A stretch of 59,543 nt of DNA, filler included, from Sminthopsis crassicaudata (taxonomy: Eukaryota), in assembly GCF_048593235.1 (NCBI RefSeq). It is 5 parts of 4 records of this genome, joined end to end, with 100 filler letters (N's around TTAATTAATTAA, not from the genome) between each part and the next. Parts side by side here need not be neighbours in the genome. Positions count along the whole stretch, not along the records: positions 43,878 to 49,400 come from NC_133618.1; positions 49,501 to 52,890 come from NC_133619.1; positions 52,991 to 59,543 come from NC_133617.1; 2 more parts are not named here. One strand, given 5' to 3'. Positions 48,302 to 59,543 of this stretch are shown one piece after another. Numbering within the stretch: the stretch's first letter is position 1; the number at the start of each line of letters is the position of its first letter. The translations under genes were made by a program, and so were the position numbers. The notes beneath the pieces were generated by a model. It did no database searches and was not told the DNA's origin. It was given only the letters and a program-made list of their open reading frames with translations.

Positions 48302-50429
48302 TTCTTATAAGAATTAAATAAAAATAAGAGATACAGTGACTCTGTCGTGCATATATACAAACCCCCACCCCTAGAGTCTTCTACCTCTGCTGAGAAGGGA
48401 TTTCATCCCTCATTCTCTGGAACCAAGACTGATCATTGCATCTAAGCTTAGCTTAGTGTCCTCATTTGTAAAATGAGGAAGCTAAATAAGATGATGTTTG
48501 AGGTCCCTTCCAATCCATGACCTCTAATTTGTCACAGAACAGAATACAGGGATCTAAGATAAAGAGCTAGACTGAGAAAGGAGACACTTAGAAGGATGGG
48601 GTGCACTGCACAGCTTTATATTAAATAATAGTAATAATAGTAGTAGCTAATATTCATATAGCACTCTGAGGCTTGCACAACACTTTGCTTATATTATTTC
48701 ATCTCATCAAATAAACATTATAAATGAAACAAGAGATATGTGTTAGTCTGGGTCAATAACTTAGGCATTTGTTGGGATAGCATTAACTCCTTTCTGCATA
48801 TTCCAAGGATGATGAAATTAGGCTTTGCCCTCCTGTGACGATAATTCCCTCAGCAGGGGATTGGTTAAAAATGAAGAAACTGAAAATAGTTTGTTTCTCT
48901 ATTTGAGTCATGCATGCTTCCCAAGGCATTTTCCTGAAGAAAGCTTTCTCCCATTTAATTCCCCTCTCCCTCAAATCTGAATTCTAATAAAGAATCAGCA
49001 TCTTAAGGTCAGTAGAACCATTCCTTTTTTGTCTTGTATCCCCAGGACTTAGCACAATGCCTGACACATAGTGGGTATAAGGTCTGAAGTTCCCAACCAA
49101 AGGAATTCTGAGCCTCTGTCATCCCCAATCAAATGGCACCCCTCCACCAAACAGGCAAATTGATACTGAAGAAAGAGGTTTGGGCGGTCCATATGATTAT
49201 AAAAGTCCTATAATAACCATCTGGGTTACTTATATAGGGACTGTCTGATGCAACTGCCAAACAAGTCAATAGATCTCTGATCCCCACCATGTAATTTGTG
49301 GCTAGACTATTCAGTGGATCCCTGCAAAGACTCCTAAAAAGTTCCATGATAATTATAGAAATCAAACAATGGGTGGAGGAACTATAGATTGTTGTGCATA
49401 NNNNNNNNNNNNNNNNNNNNNNNNNNNNNNNNNNNNNNNNNNNNTTAATTAATTAANNNNNNNNNNNNNNNNNNNNNNNNNNNNNNNNNNNNNNNNNNNN
49501 TGCCGACTTTGTCCAAAGATACACTAGATATACCGCCAGTGGTCACTCTCCACAAAGCCCTCTGGCTGGGTCATCTCTAGACCTAGAGAGCTAGCTTTCT
49601 GAAGGTATGACCAGCCTCCACCCTCAAATCCCATCAAAAAAAGTCATAAAGAAGTACCAAGGGCCTGGCAATGCCTTTGCCCCTTGTTTAACAAATGTAA
49701 ACCTGGTTGTTCTGCATCAGCTGCCCTGGGGCTGGCAGAGACTCAGTTGCTCAGGGCTGTCCTCCCTAATCCCCCCAACATACCAACGATATATATAGAA
49801 CTCCTGGTAACATGGAAGCTGTTATTGTCCCCGAGAGCAAATGTCCGGGATCATCTGATAAGCTGCCACTTGCACCTGAACTCCAAGGTGAACCTATCCC
49901 TCTGAGCCCTGTGCTCTATGAGCAAAGTAGAGCTGAATGAGCCCAGAAGAAACTCAAGATGCGCAAAGTTGGGGAGTCCACCCCAAATGTTCTTAGGGAC
50001 TAGTTGCGCCCCCCCCCACTGTGGCAGCGCATCCCACATTGGTCTGATCAGCCACAATTGGACGCTGTAACTTGACTCATTTTGGTGCTCCTATAAAGAA
50101 GGACACCAACCGTAGCATCCCATGCCATCCATCCCTCTTCTGCTTTGTAAACCTTACCATACTCTACTTATATTAGTATCATTATTATCTTTCCCCCATC
50201 ATATTCTTTAATTCCTTGACATGTTGTGACATCTTCCACTAAAAAATGAGAGCCTTGAGGGCAGAGACTATATAATTCTTCTTCTTTGTAAGTCTAGGGT
50301 CTAGTTCTAGGAAGTATACAATAATAAATGTCTGTTGACTTACTGAATATGAACAAGGTATATGCTAATCTCCAAGTATTCCTATTTCTACTTCATTAAA
50401 GTAAGCCCTTTAGCCCCACGTGGGCAAAA

Positions 50430-51115
50430 ATGCAGTGGCAAAGAAAGTGAGTAGATGCCCATCAATTGGGGAAGAATTGAATAAATTATGAGATTTGGAA
50501 ATAATGGAATATTATTCCATAAAAAATGATGGACAGGCTGATTTTAGAAAGACCTGGAAAGATTTACATGAACTGATGATGAACCAGGAAAACATTATAC
50601 ACAACAGCAAGACTGTGTGATGATCAACTATGACAGATTTGGTTCTTCTCCTCGGGTCAGTGATCCAAGGCAATCCCAATAAACTGTGGATGGAAAACGC
50701 CATCCGCGTCCAGAGAGAATCAGGGAGACTGAATATAAATCAATACCTGCTATATTCACTTTCTTTCTTTCCCCTTTTTTTTCTCATAGTTTTTCTCTTT
50801 TGTTCTGATTTTTCTCTTCTAATATGATTCAAATGGAAATAAAAATGGATCTAGCAAAAAAAAATGTTATTTTACATGTAACTGGAGAAGATTAAAATAT
50901 TTGTTTAAAAATTAAGTCTTTTAATATACTATAACACATTTAACATGTATGGGATTGCCTGTCATCTAGGGGAGGGGGTAGAGGGAAGGAGGGGAAAATT
51001 CGGAACAGAAGTGAGTATAAAGGATAATATAAAAAAATTGTAAAAAAATTACCCATGCATATGTACTGTCAAAAAAATTATAATTATAAAATTAATTTAA
51101 AAATTAAAAAAAAAT
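50430..51115 (+). mobile_element. L1 3' fragments: ORF2 C-terminus/3' UTR (50430-50830) and a second 3' end with A-tail (50920-51115)
   Basis: gatgcccatcaattgggga...ctggaaagatttacatgaactgatg (the AWRDLHELM region); aaattacccatgcatatgtactgtcaaaaaa with A-rich tail. Confidence 0.85.
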
Positions 51116-51579
51116 TAAGTCCTTTAGCAGAATCCAGACTGAGTTATTGCAATGTTAAGTTAAATTATATATTCTGTAAGGGTCTACTCTGTGCAAAAAT
51201 TCCATTCTTGACGCCGGGACTGCAAAGATGAATCATAACATAGTTCCATCCCTTGAAGACGTTAAAAGCTAGGTTCTTACAGATAATAAAAATGATTTAT
51301 TTCTTTCAATACAATTGTATGAGTAGAACCTGAAGGTTTGTAACATACAGTATTATTTGAAGATCACAACAATACTGGGAGGGAAGGGATTCCCATTTTA
51401 TGGATAAATACACTGAGGCAGACAGACTTTGGCCCAGGGTCATACAACTAGTTAGTGCTGTCATCCAGTTTTCAAGTCCTTGTAATCCAATCTCATTATT
51501 CCACAACATGCATAAGCTCCCAAGCAGCTTTTTATGAGCTGCCTGGTTAGGTTTAGCAATCATGTAAAACTTTAGCCCG

Positions 51580-51800
51580 GGGCAGCTAGGAAATAAAGTG
51601 GATAAAGTCGGGCCTGGGGTCAGAAGACTTGAGTTCAAATCCACTTTCAGATATTTACCTGCACAAGTCACTTCCTTCTGTTTGACTCAGTTTCCTCATC
51701 TGTAAAATGAACTGGAGAAGGAAATGGCAAAGCCCTCTAGTACCTCTGCCAAAAAAAACCCCAAATGGGGGATGGAAAATGCTAATCACACCAGAGAGAG
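51580..51800 (+). mobile_element. MAR1-like SINE
   Basis: ggggcagctagg...gagttcaaatcc...ctcagtttcctcatctgtaaaatgaactggagaaggaaatggcaaa. Confidence 0.78.
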
Positions 51801-52248
51801 AACCATGGAAACTGAATGGGAATGGAAGAGTATTTTTGCCATTTTTGTTTGTCTGTTTTTTCTTTCTTGTGTTTTTTCTTCGATCTGCTTTTTCTTGTAG
51901 ATGATAAACGTGGAAATGTGATCAAAAGGATAGCACATATTTAACCTACATCGGATTGCTTGCTGCTTCCTTGGGGAGAGGGGAGGGAGGGAAGGAGGAA
52001 GAAAAATTGGGAAAATAAAATAAATGCTATTTAGAAAAAACTAAAAGAAAACTCCAAATGGACTTAAGGAGATTAGGCACAGCTTAAGTGGTGCAACAAA
52101 TCAACAACAAAGGTTTTAACTCTCCCCAGGAAAGGAGAGGCTTAGTACCTTCTTTCAGCCAGAAGAGAGCAGCAGAGAGCAGCATGTGGTCAAACGCTAT
52201 TGGAGAGGGATGTACACAGTCTGCAGAAAGCCATCTAGGTGTGCTTAC

Positions 52249-52337
52249 CTGGCCAAGGCCGGAGCCAAATACGGCTCTTGTCATGTTTCCTGCATTCTGG
52301 TGCTTCATAGGATCACACCTATTTTCTCTTCTATCCC
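52249..52337 (-). other. Candidate unannotated minus-strand internal exon (89 nt)
   Basis: Strong acceptor cccctgtttttccacag| and strong donor CAG|gtaagc; one frame open (DRRENRCDPMKHQNAGNMTRAVFGSGLGQ). Confidence 0.35.
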
Positions 52338-54172
52338 CTGTGGAAAAACAGGGGATAGGGAAATATTTAGTTTTTATTTCATGTCTTTTGAGAAATCATT
52401 TTCTTGTCACTTAATCAGGTATAACATTTGACTGGAAAATGTATTCTTCTTTGCCTTTATAAGGAAACTCACTGTGGGGGCTTGAGACTGGCTTTTTCTC
52501 GAAGCTGGGCTAGTTTTTGAGGGGCTCATGTGTGAAGGGAGCCCAGTGGTTACCTGGGAAAAGAGTTTTCAATTTCAGATTGATGGTCCTGGTACTGGGG
52601 CTAAATGGCCATGAGAACTTGGACAAGTCATTTCTCTGATCCCTCAAAATCAGAAATTTCATTAGCTTGCCCATTGAGACTCAGCCACATTTTAATGCCT
52701 GTCTTGTAGTTCTGTGATCTCAGGAAAAGTCAATGCCAGCATTCAGGTGATAGCTTTCCTGAACTCAGTGAGGAGGATCCATCAGTCAAATAGGAATAAA
52801 AATCCCTGCATCTGTATATGTAGTCAGGAGTGCTGGGAGCAGCAATATAATATTGTGTGTCCAAGTTCTTAGAAAATAATGTGCTGCTTANNNNNNNNNN
52901 NNNNNNNNNNNNNNNNNNNNNNNNNNNNNNNNNNTTAATTAATTAANNNNNNNNNNNNNNNNNNNNNNNNNNNNNNNNNNNNNNNNNNNNTCCACCATAT
53001 TATACCATGCGGTTAACTTCATTGCTCTTACACTCTACAAACTACTTTCCCTTCTTCGCACCCAGACCCCGTGAGACGCCCGCGCCTCCCGTGTTTTCCA
53101 CATCTGCATTTTGGCGCCCAGGTCCAAGACTAGCGCTCTATCCCTACCCTTCCTAAACGTCCGCCCTTGCTATCATAGCTAGCATTTTCCTTTGCTGGGG
53201 TGCTACTGTCTAATGGAGGAGCCGTCCCTCCTAGATCACTTATTGACAGCGATGGGAAGCAGCCCAAGGGCGGCCGCAGGTCCTCGGGTCCCTCCTAATT
53301 ATGTATACTTTGCCCACCTTGCCGTCCCAGTAGCTCTCCGCCCGGTCCCGCCGTTGCCTCGCCCAATCCGGCCGGAGCGCGCTGGGCTCGGTGAGAAAGC
53401 TGGTGCTCGGCCCCAGCACTTGGCTGGCCGGCCTGTGGCCTCGGCGGCTTCAGTGAGGTCCTTGGTCCTCCCCGCCGCGGCGCAGACCCAGGCGCCTCCC
53501 CTTCCTCGGTGCTCCATTTCTTCCCGTAAGTCCTCCCCAGAAGGAAGGGCCACTCCGTGCTGGAGCCTCCCTCCCCCCGGGGTACCATTGGCAGCCCTTC
53601 GTCTCCGGGGCGGCGCGGCCTGTGCCACTTCTGCCGCGCCTGCCCCGTGGTTGGCTTATGACTGCCTCCCAGGTGCGTGTGTCCCGCGGTGTGGCCGCAC
53701 GCGGCGTTCCTGGGGAGCTCGCGTGAGAAAGGGGCCTCGGGCCCAGGGAGGAGCCTGCCCGGATCCCTCATTCTACTCGCTCCGTTTTTAGTGATTTCCC
53801 CAAAGTGTCGCGTCCATGGGAAAGACCCGGGATCCGGACGCCTTCTTCGCGCGTTCGCTCCGGTGGGGGGGGGGGGGGGCGCCAGGCCGGGGAGTCTAGG
53901 GGCGGCCGAGGGGGAGCCAGAGCGCCCGGGCTCGCCTCTCCGAGGAGGCCCCTTGGCCCGGCAAAGTGGTTGGTGACGAATTCCTGGAGACCCGCTCCTG
54001 GCCCCGCTGCTGTTCCCGGTCCGGGGCGCGGTCTCCTCCGGAGGGGCCGGGGAGGGGCCCGCTGGGAGAGCGGTTCCGCCCGGTCTGCCGCAGGTATTTT
54101 AGACGGGCCGTTACCTTTAAGAGACGGCGCCATGGCGGCCGGCAGGGGCTCAGCTGTCACTACGGCCCCCGG

Positions 54173-54668
54173 GCCGGAGAGACTGACAGGAGCTGAGGCT
54201 GAGAGAAATGAGCAGAACCAGGAGATCGCTGTACGCCTCAGTGCTGTACGAGGACGGATTCTGAGGGAAGTGGAGATCTTCGACAGAGAGAAGAGCTGAT
54301 CCACTTCCAGCTGATCCGTGATGGACAGAAACAGCCACACCCAGAGAAGGAACACTGGGAAGTGAATGTAAACTGTTAGCACCACTGTCTGTCTGCCCAG
54401 GTTACTTACACCTTCGGAATCTGATACTTAACGTGCAACAAGAAAATGGGATTTACACACATACATTGTATCTGGGTTATACTGTAACACATGTAAAATG
54501 TACGGGATTACCTGTCATGGGGGGGGGGGGGAGTGGGAGGGAGGGGAAAATCTGGAAAAATGAATACAAGGGATAATGTTATTTAAAAAATCACTCATGC
54601 ATATGTACTGTGAAAAAATTTATAATTATAAAATTAATAAAAGAAAAGAAAAAAAGAAAAAAAAAGAA
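54173..54668 (+). mobile_element. L1 ORF2 C-terminus and 3' UTR with A-tail, inside the CpG island
   Basis: gaaatgagcagaaccaggagatc (EMSRTRRS), cacacccagagaaggaacactggg..gtgaatgtaaactg, catgcatatgtactgtgaaaaaattt..aataaaagaaaagaaaa; the tail matches the 50920-51115 copy. Confidence 0.85.
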
Positions 54669-54800
54669 GAAGAAAAAAACACTTTATGGCCCATGGGGCT
54701 GAGGGTTAGGGTCTCCCTGAGGGGGCGGCGGGACGGGAACTCGCTTCCTCCAGGCCGCGCGGCCCCTCGGCTCGTGAGGAGACGAGAGAAAACCCAGAGC

Positions 54801-54884
54801 GGGGGTCGGGGATCGGGGATCGGAGGTCGGGGGGTCGGGGATCGGAGGTCGGAGGTCGGGGGTCGGGGGTCGGGGGTCGGTCGG
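54801..54884 (+). repeat. G-rich heptamer tract (TCGGRGR)n, 12 TCGG cores
   Basis: Read directly. Confidence 0.92.
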
Positions 54885-55760
54885 ATAGCCGTGGCTGACC
54901 GCGCCCGGCCGCTCATGACCGGTTGTGTCTTTGTTCCGTTACCCGGCTGCGCGCGCAGTCATATTTAAGAACATATTTCCCGCCTGCCTTCTCCGGAGGC
55001 GGCGGGAGCCCGGCGGGAGCCCGGCTTGTGTGGGAGAGCGGCGCCACCTGCTGTTCGGCCCGGGAACCTCCGGGCTTCTCCCTGGCCCCGCTCTGCTCTC
55101 GGCCCTCGGCAGACTCGGGCGCCCCCAGGGGGAGGCCGAGAGACAGGAGGGGCGGGGGCGGCGAAGGGTGAGGAGGCTGGGGGTCTCCGAGGGTGGGGGG
55201 CTCCCTCGGAGGAGAGGCGGCGGCCCGAGCCCCGGGACAAGCGGCAGGACCGACTCCCCTTCAGTTCCGTCTCTGTCACTTACACTTTGCACCCCCCACC
55301 CCCAGACACTGACACATTCGCCACCCCCCCCCCCCCCCCCCCCCGCGCGCCCACGTCCGCCGCCCGAACCCGGCCACCCCAGAAAGAGCCGCTGTCCGCA
55401 CAGACGGGCCCGAGTTGCCCAGAAGACCCGGGGGAGAGTGTGCTCCCAGGGCCGGGGCCTCTGCGTGTGCCAGGTGTGTGAGGACCGCCCGAGGGAGGGG
55501 AGGAAGCCCGGGCTTCTCCCGCAAGCAGCCCCACTCCCGAGCTGGAGCCGCAGGCCGAGACCTCAGCAGTTCTGTCCGGCAGCTTCCGAGCCTCTGCCCG
55601 ATGACCGGACTTCTCCGCGGGAAGGAGCTCCCCCCCCTTCTGCCCCCTGCGGTGATGGGGGAGGCCCGGCCGAGGCCGGGCAGGGACTCCTGGGCTATGA
55701 GGGGCCGTCTCTTCCAGCTCCGTCCCCTGGTCCTTGTCCTGGAGCCCTGGAGCTCTCTGA

Positions 55761-56396
55761 CCCTGTCCCAGAGCCCCCGGGGCCCTTTCCTAGCGTGGCC
55801 CCCCTGTCCCAGAGCCCCCGGGGCCCTTTCCTAGCGAGGCCCCCCTGTCGCGGAGCCCCCGGGGCCCTTTCCTAGCGTGGCCCCCCTGTCCCGGAGCCCC
55901 CGGCGCCCTTTCCTAGCGTGGCCCCCCTGTCCCAGAGCCCCCGGGGCCCTTTCCTAGCGAGGCCCCCCTGTCGCGGAGCCCCCGGGGCCCTTTCCTAGCG
56001 TGGCCCCCCTGTCCCGGAGCCCCCCGGGGCCCTTTCCTAGCGTGGCCCCCCTGTCCCGGAGCCCCCCGGGGCCCTTTCCTAGCGTGGCCCCCCTGTCCCG
56101 GAGCCCCCGGGGCCCTTTCCTAGCGTGGCCCCCCTGTCCCGGAGCCCCCCGGGGCCCTTTCCTAGCGTGGCCCCCCTGTCCCGGAGCCCCCGGGGCCCTT
56201 TCCTAGCGTGGCCCCCCTGTCCCGGAGCCCCCCGGGCCCTTTCCTAGCGTGGCCCCCCTGTCCCGGAGCCCCCGGGGCCCTTTCCTAGCGTGGCCCCCCT
56301 GTCCTGGAGCCCCCCGGGGCCCTTTCCTAGCGTGGCCCCCCTGTCCCGGAGCCCCCGGGGCCCTTTCCTAGCGTGGCCCCCCTGTCCCGGAGCCCC
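55761..56396. repeat. 41-42 bp GC-rich VNTR, ~15.5 units (CCCCTGTCCCGGAGCCCCCGGGGCCCTTTCCTAGCGTGGCC)
   Basis: 15 copies of the CCTAGCG core counted; near-identical units. Confidence 0.97.
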
Positions 56397-57599
56397 TGGC
56401 TGGCTGGGACCAGCGCTGAGCTGGAGCAGCCCTTCCGGCTGGCGCCTTTCCCTGGGGGCCCAGCTCCCCTCGCCCTTCCCCTGCTCTGGGGCTGTTTCCG
56501 AGGCCTGAGCTGGGGTCCGAGGGCCTTGCGTCTGTTCCCGGGTTTTCCTTCTGGGTCTTCTCTTCAGGCTCCGGAAGGCGACCCTGGGCGGTGGAGCCGG
56601 CCGTTTCCCCCACGGTTGCCGTGGGACCTGGGGCCCGACAGCCAGCCCCCCCTCCTAATTACAGTCTCACCACTTGTTCTCCGGAAGCGGCCAATTCCCT
56701 CCTTGATTACCCCCCCCCCTTTCCCCAGATTACTCCACTTTTCCTGTCCTGGGAGGGAGGGCGCAGCCATTTTCCCTGGCTTAAAGACAGGGCAGGAAGT
56801 CTCCAGAAGTCCTGGCTCGTGGCAGGGGGGGCGAAAACTCAAGCATTAATGTGAACGAACCCCCGAGGCCCGGCCGCCCGTCACTGCTCCTGAGCTCCCC
56901 GCCAGGAGGCGGCTTCGGGTCATGGGGCAGTAGGGGCCGGGCCTGGGAGCCCGAGCCAGGAAGGCACCGGCAAAGGGGGGCCACGATGAGAAGGAAGCGG
57001 AATCCGGGGAAGGAGGGGGGGCTCCAGGGACAAGGGCGCTACGGCTGAGAGCCGGAGCTTGCGAAGGCCGGAGGCCGCCAGGGGAACCACCGCTGGGGAG
57101 GACCCCAAAGCTGGAGGTCGGGCCGGAGGCAGCCCCGATGGAAGGAGCCCCGAGAGACCCAGGGCCGGAAGCCAGGCCTGTAGGACCCAGGAGGCCTCCT
57201 GATCCAGACTCAATGCTAGCTTGAGCGACTTCAGTCCTGGAGGATGGGAGCTGTCTTCCCCAGGCCACCCTCCTCCTGGAGAAGTTGTGCGGAGGGGCCA
57301 GGCCTCCAAAGCCTCGTGAGCCTCGAGCTCTCTGGGCACCCTGGGGCCTCCCTGCCTCCCATACAGCCTTGCTCTTGGACCAGGAGCTGTTCCATGCCCG
57401 GGTCCTGAGTGGAGAAGCCGGGGACTCCTGACCTGAGCCCGCTCCTAGGATGTTGCCATCATTCTGTCAAGGAGCACGATGCAACATTAGCAGCTCCCTG
57501 GGAAAGGGAGGGCACGGCTTCCTAGTATTAAATGAGATCAGATTTGTCAAGGGCTGATCACGGTGCCTGGCACACAGTAGGCACTTAATAAATGTCTAT

Positions 57600-58005
57600 T
57601 CCACTCCTCCCCCTTTCCAATCTCTTCCCTTTCCTTCTTCCCTCCATTTCCCCTCTTCTCCCTCTCTTGCCTCTTCTTCCTCTCTTCCCCTTCCTCCTCC
57701 CATGTTCCTTTTCCCCTCTTCTTCTTTTCCATCCTCTCCTCCCTCTCCTCCCGTTTCCCTCTTCTTTCCTTCCTTCCCCTCCGTCCTCCCATCCCCTTCC
57801 CCCTTTTCTCCCCTCTTTCCTCCCCCTTCCCTCTCTTTCTTGTCTATCTTCTCTTTCCCTCCTTTCTCCTTCTCCCTTTCCCCCCTTCTTCCTCTCTGCC
57901 CCTCCCTTGTCCCTCCCCTCCCTTTTCCTTCTTTTCCCTCACTTCCCTCCTTCCCCTCCCTCACTTCCCTCCTTCCCCTCCCTCCTCTCCCTCCCTTCCC
58001 CACCC
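57600..58005. repeat. Polypyrimidine low-complexity tract, preceded by an L2 3' end (57560-57600)
   Basis: C/T-only composition; gtgcctggcacacagtaggcacttaataaatg is the L2 tail motif. Confidence 0.9.
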
Positions 58006-59543
58006 CACAAGGTATTGAAGCCCTGCTCCCCAGACACCCTCCTCTGGCCTGATTCTTAGTCCTCCTAGTGGTAGGCTAGACTCATTGGTATAAGGGGCCC
58101 AGGGTTTCCTGGCTGCAGAAGCCCCTGCAGCGGTTCTCCTCGGTCTGGGGTCCCTTCTCTGGAGATGAGCCTTCTGCCTTGTCTTCCTTCTGGTCAGAGA
58201 GCCACCCGCTTGCCTCTGACCCTGGGACTGCACGAGGGGCCGTTGCCTCTCACTTAGGCTACTCTTGGGGTGACAGCCATTCTGGCTCTCTCTCTTCGCC
58301 AGACCCGGAGCCCACCCTGGATCTTGTCAGAGATGGCATGGACCCTATTTCTGGCCCTTATGAAAGGCTGCAGACCTGTCCAGCACACAGAGGTCGCAAA
58401 TTCTTGCCCATGGCAAGGGGAGATTCTACATATTAATATCATCCATTCTTACTTTGAGATTCTGCAGAGCTCCCTTTAAGAAGCCCCATTTTGGTGCAGC
58501 CCAAAATGAGGGGAAGGAGATAATCTGTGGGGAAGGAAGCTGTCAAGGGGCTCTTGTTGCTGGCCCAGAACTCCAGCTTATTCTCAGGGTGCACGTTTGT
58601 GCCTTCTGGATGCCCCACTGACCTTCCCAGAGAGCTCGGGACTGCCACATCCCCCGGGCACCTCTCCATTGTGCAGCTTTCCAAGCTTCTGCCTGTGGAA
58701 GGAGTCTAAGGAGAGGTTGCATCATTGATCCTACAAAGGATCCCTCACCCATCTGAGGAGGGGCTCATTTATCTTCGGGAGGTTCCTTTACCTCACTGTC
58801 TGGAGCCAGGAGCAAGGTGTCACATGCCGCATCTATGCAAAAAGTGGGAGCCCACAAGCTTCAAACCTCATTCTGTGTGATCCAGGAAGTGCTCGAGAGA
58901 TGGCAATAATTTTTGAAATTAGTATTAAGCACAATATCAAACAGGACGGGGCCAATCAAGCTTGGGTTGCCATTATCCTACTTTTATTAATGTCAGCACA
59001 CCAAAGGGCATTCTGCCACTGAAGTTCCTCGGGCTTTGTTTCCCCATTGTTCCGGTCCCCTTTTCTTTTCCCTTGGCTGCTGGCTGTCCCTGCAACAGGT
59101 TGTGCTCTGTTTCTCTGGCTCTCTTATTCCCACGGTCATTTATTTTGGAAAAGTCCCTTTACATTTCCCAGCATTCTTCCTGCTCCTTGGCTCAAGTTCC
59201 ATCATCATTGTCTCTTCTCTGAAAGGGCCACATTTATTCCCTTCCCCAAGCCCGGGCCCCCATTGAGGGGGCTGGGGGGAGCTTTGCCCTGCTTTGGTAA
59301 CTTTCCACAAGGCTGCCCGACAGAGCTTGGGGCAGAGAGCTTTCACGCGGGAGCCGTTTTGTTGACAACTTTAGCAGACCGCTTGGGATGGGCAGAGTTC
59401 ATGGTCATTAAACTGTTGCATCTGCAAAGCCCTTCAATCATCTTTATAACTCCCTCCACTAGCCAGTTCTGGGATTGCCAGCCTTCCCACGACATATGCG
59501 CTCCCATTAACATTTAGAGAGAGCCACTTGGGAGAGATCTGCA

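Larger units (their letters stand above)
53250..55720. promoter_or_regulatory. Large CpG island / promoter region
   Basis: CpG-dense; CCAAT and GC boxes at ~53335-53370; plus donor ccc|gtaagt at 53526; minus donor agt|gtaagt at 55283. Confidence 0.8.

Noticed and set aside
49050-50150. Possible ERV or LTR-internal fragment around the 49401 gap
   Set aside because: I found no recognisable gag, pol or env motif, LTR ends or TSD; it needs a RepeatMasker or blastx search.
53805-54385. ORFs 53805-54299 (+) and 53768-54385 (-) as protein-coding genes
   Set aside because: Their distal or proximal halves are off-frame or antisense translations of the L1 ORF2 end and 3' UTR.
55761-56396. Identification of the VNTR as Rsx or as a CRISPR array
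   Set aside because: Rsx is X-linked, whereas DGKD is autosomal in mammals, and I can verify no sequence match. The units have no unique spacers and the DNA is eukaryotic.
57547-58059. Lys/Glu/Gly-rich and Pro/Ser/Leu-rich ORFs
   Set aside because: These are translations of the polypyrimidine low-complexity tract.
56850-59543. Protein-like fragments (QATLLLEKLC.., PEPTLDLVRDGMDPISGPYERLQ.., MLMGAHMSWEGWQSQ..)
   Set aside because: They are short and stop-bounded, with no recognisable family and no consistent chain of splice phases.

Overview
Vertebrate genomic DNA, most likely from a dasyurid marsupial such as the Tasmanian devil or a relative. The taxon is inferred from marsupial-type L1 3' ends, MAR1-like CORE-SINEs and an OC1/OposCharlie1 hAT element. 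The first ~16 kb is very GC-rich. It holds the last 10 coding exons of DGKD (+, 1394-6330, all splice phases consistent) behind a 1.25-kb intronic minisatellite. Tail-to-tail with DGKD are the last 4 exons of a class I SAM-dependent small-molecule methyltransferase of the Tmt1/Crg1/DDB_G0268948-like type (-, 16053-11284); its 5' exon(s) probably lie in an assembly gap. From 16 to 53 kb the sequence is AT-rich and repeat-dense (L1, CR1/L3, L2, SINEs, three solo LTRs with target-site duplications). There are two CpG islands. The first (20.6-21.5 kb) has canonical splice sites that give spliced ORFs on both strands, including a 230-aa candidate N-myristoylated protein I cannot name. The second (53.2-55.7 kb) contains a GC-shifted L1 3' end, a (TCGGRGR)n G-rich tract and an adjacent 41-bp hairpin-forming VNTR. 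Best leads: the methyltransferase, the unannotated sense/antisense locus at 21 kb, an in-frame SAM-less alternative DGKD exon, a templated insertion inside an L1, and a possible long minus-strand spliced transcript. I found no tRNA, rRNA or CRISPR features. There are five assembly gaps, four with an artificial TTAATTAATTAA linker, so long-range adjacency depends on scaffolding. Repeat-family names come from recalled consensus similarity, not from a database search.
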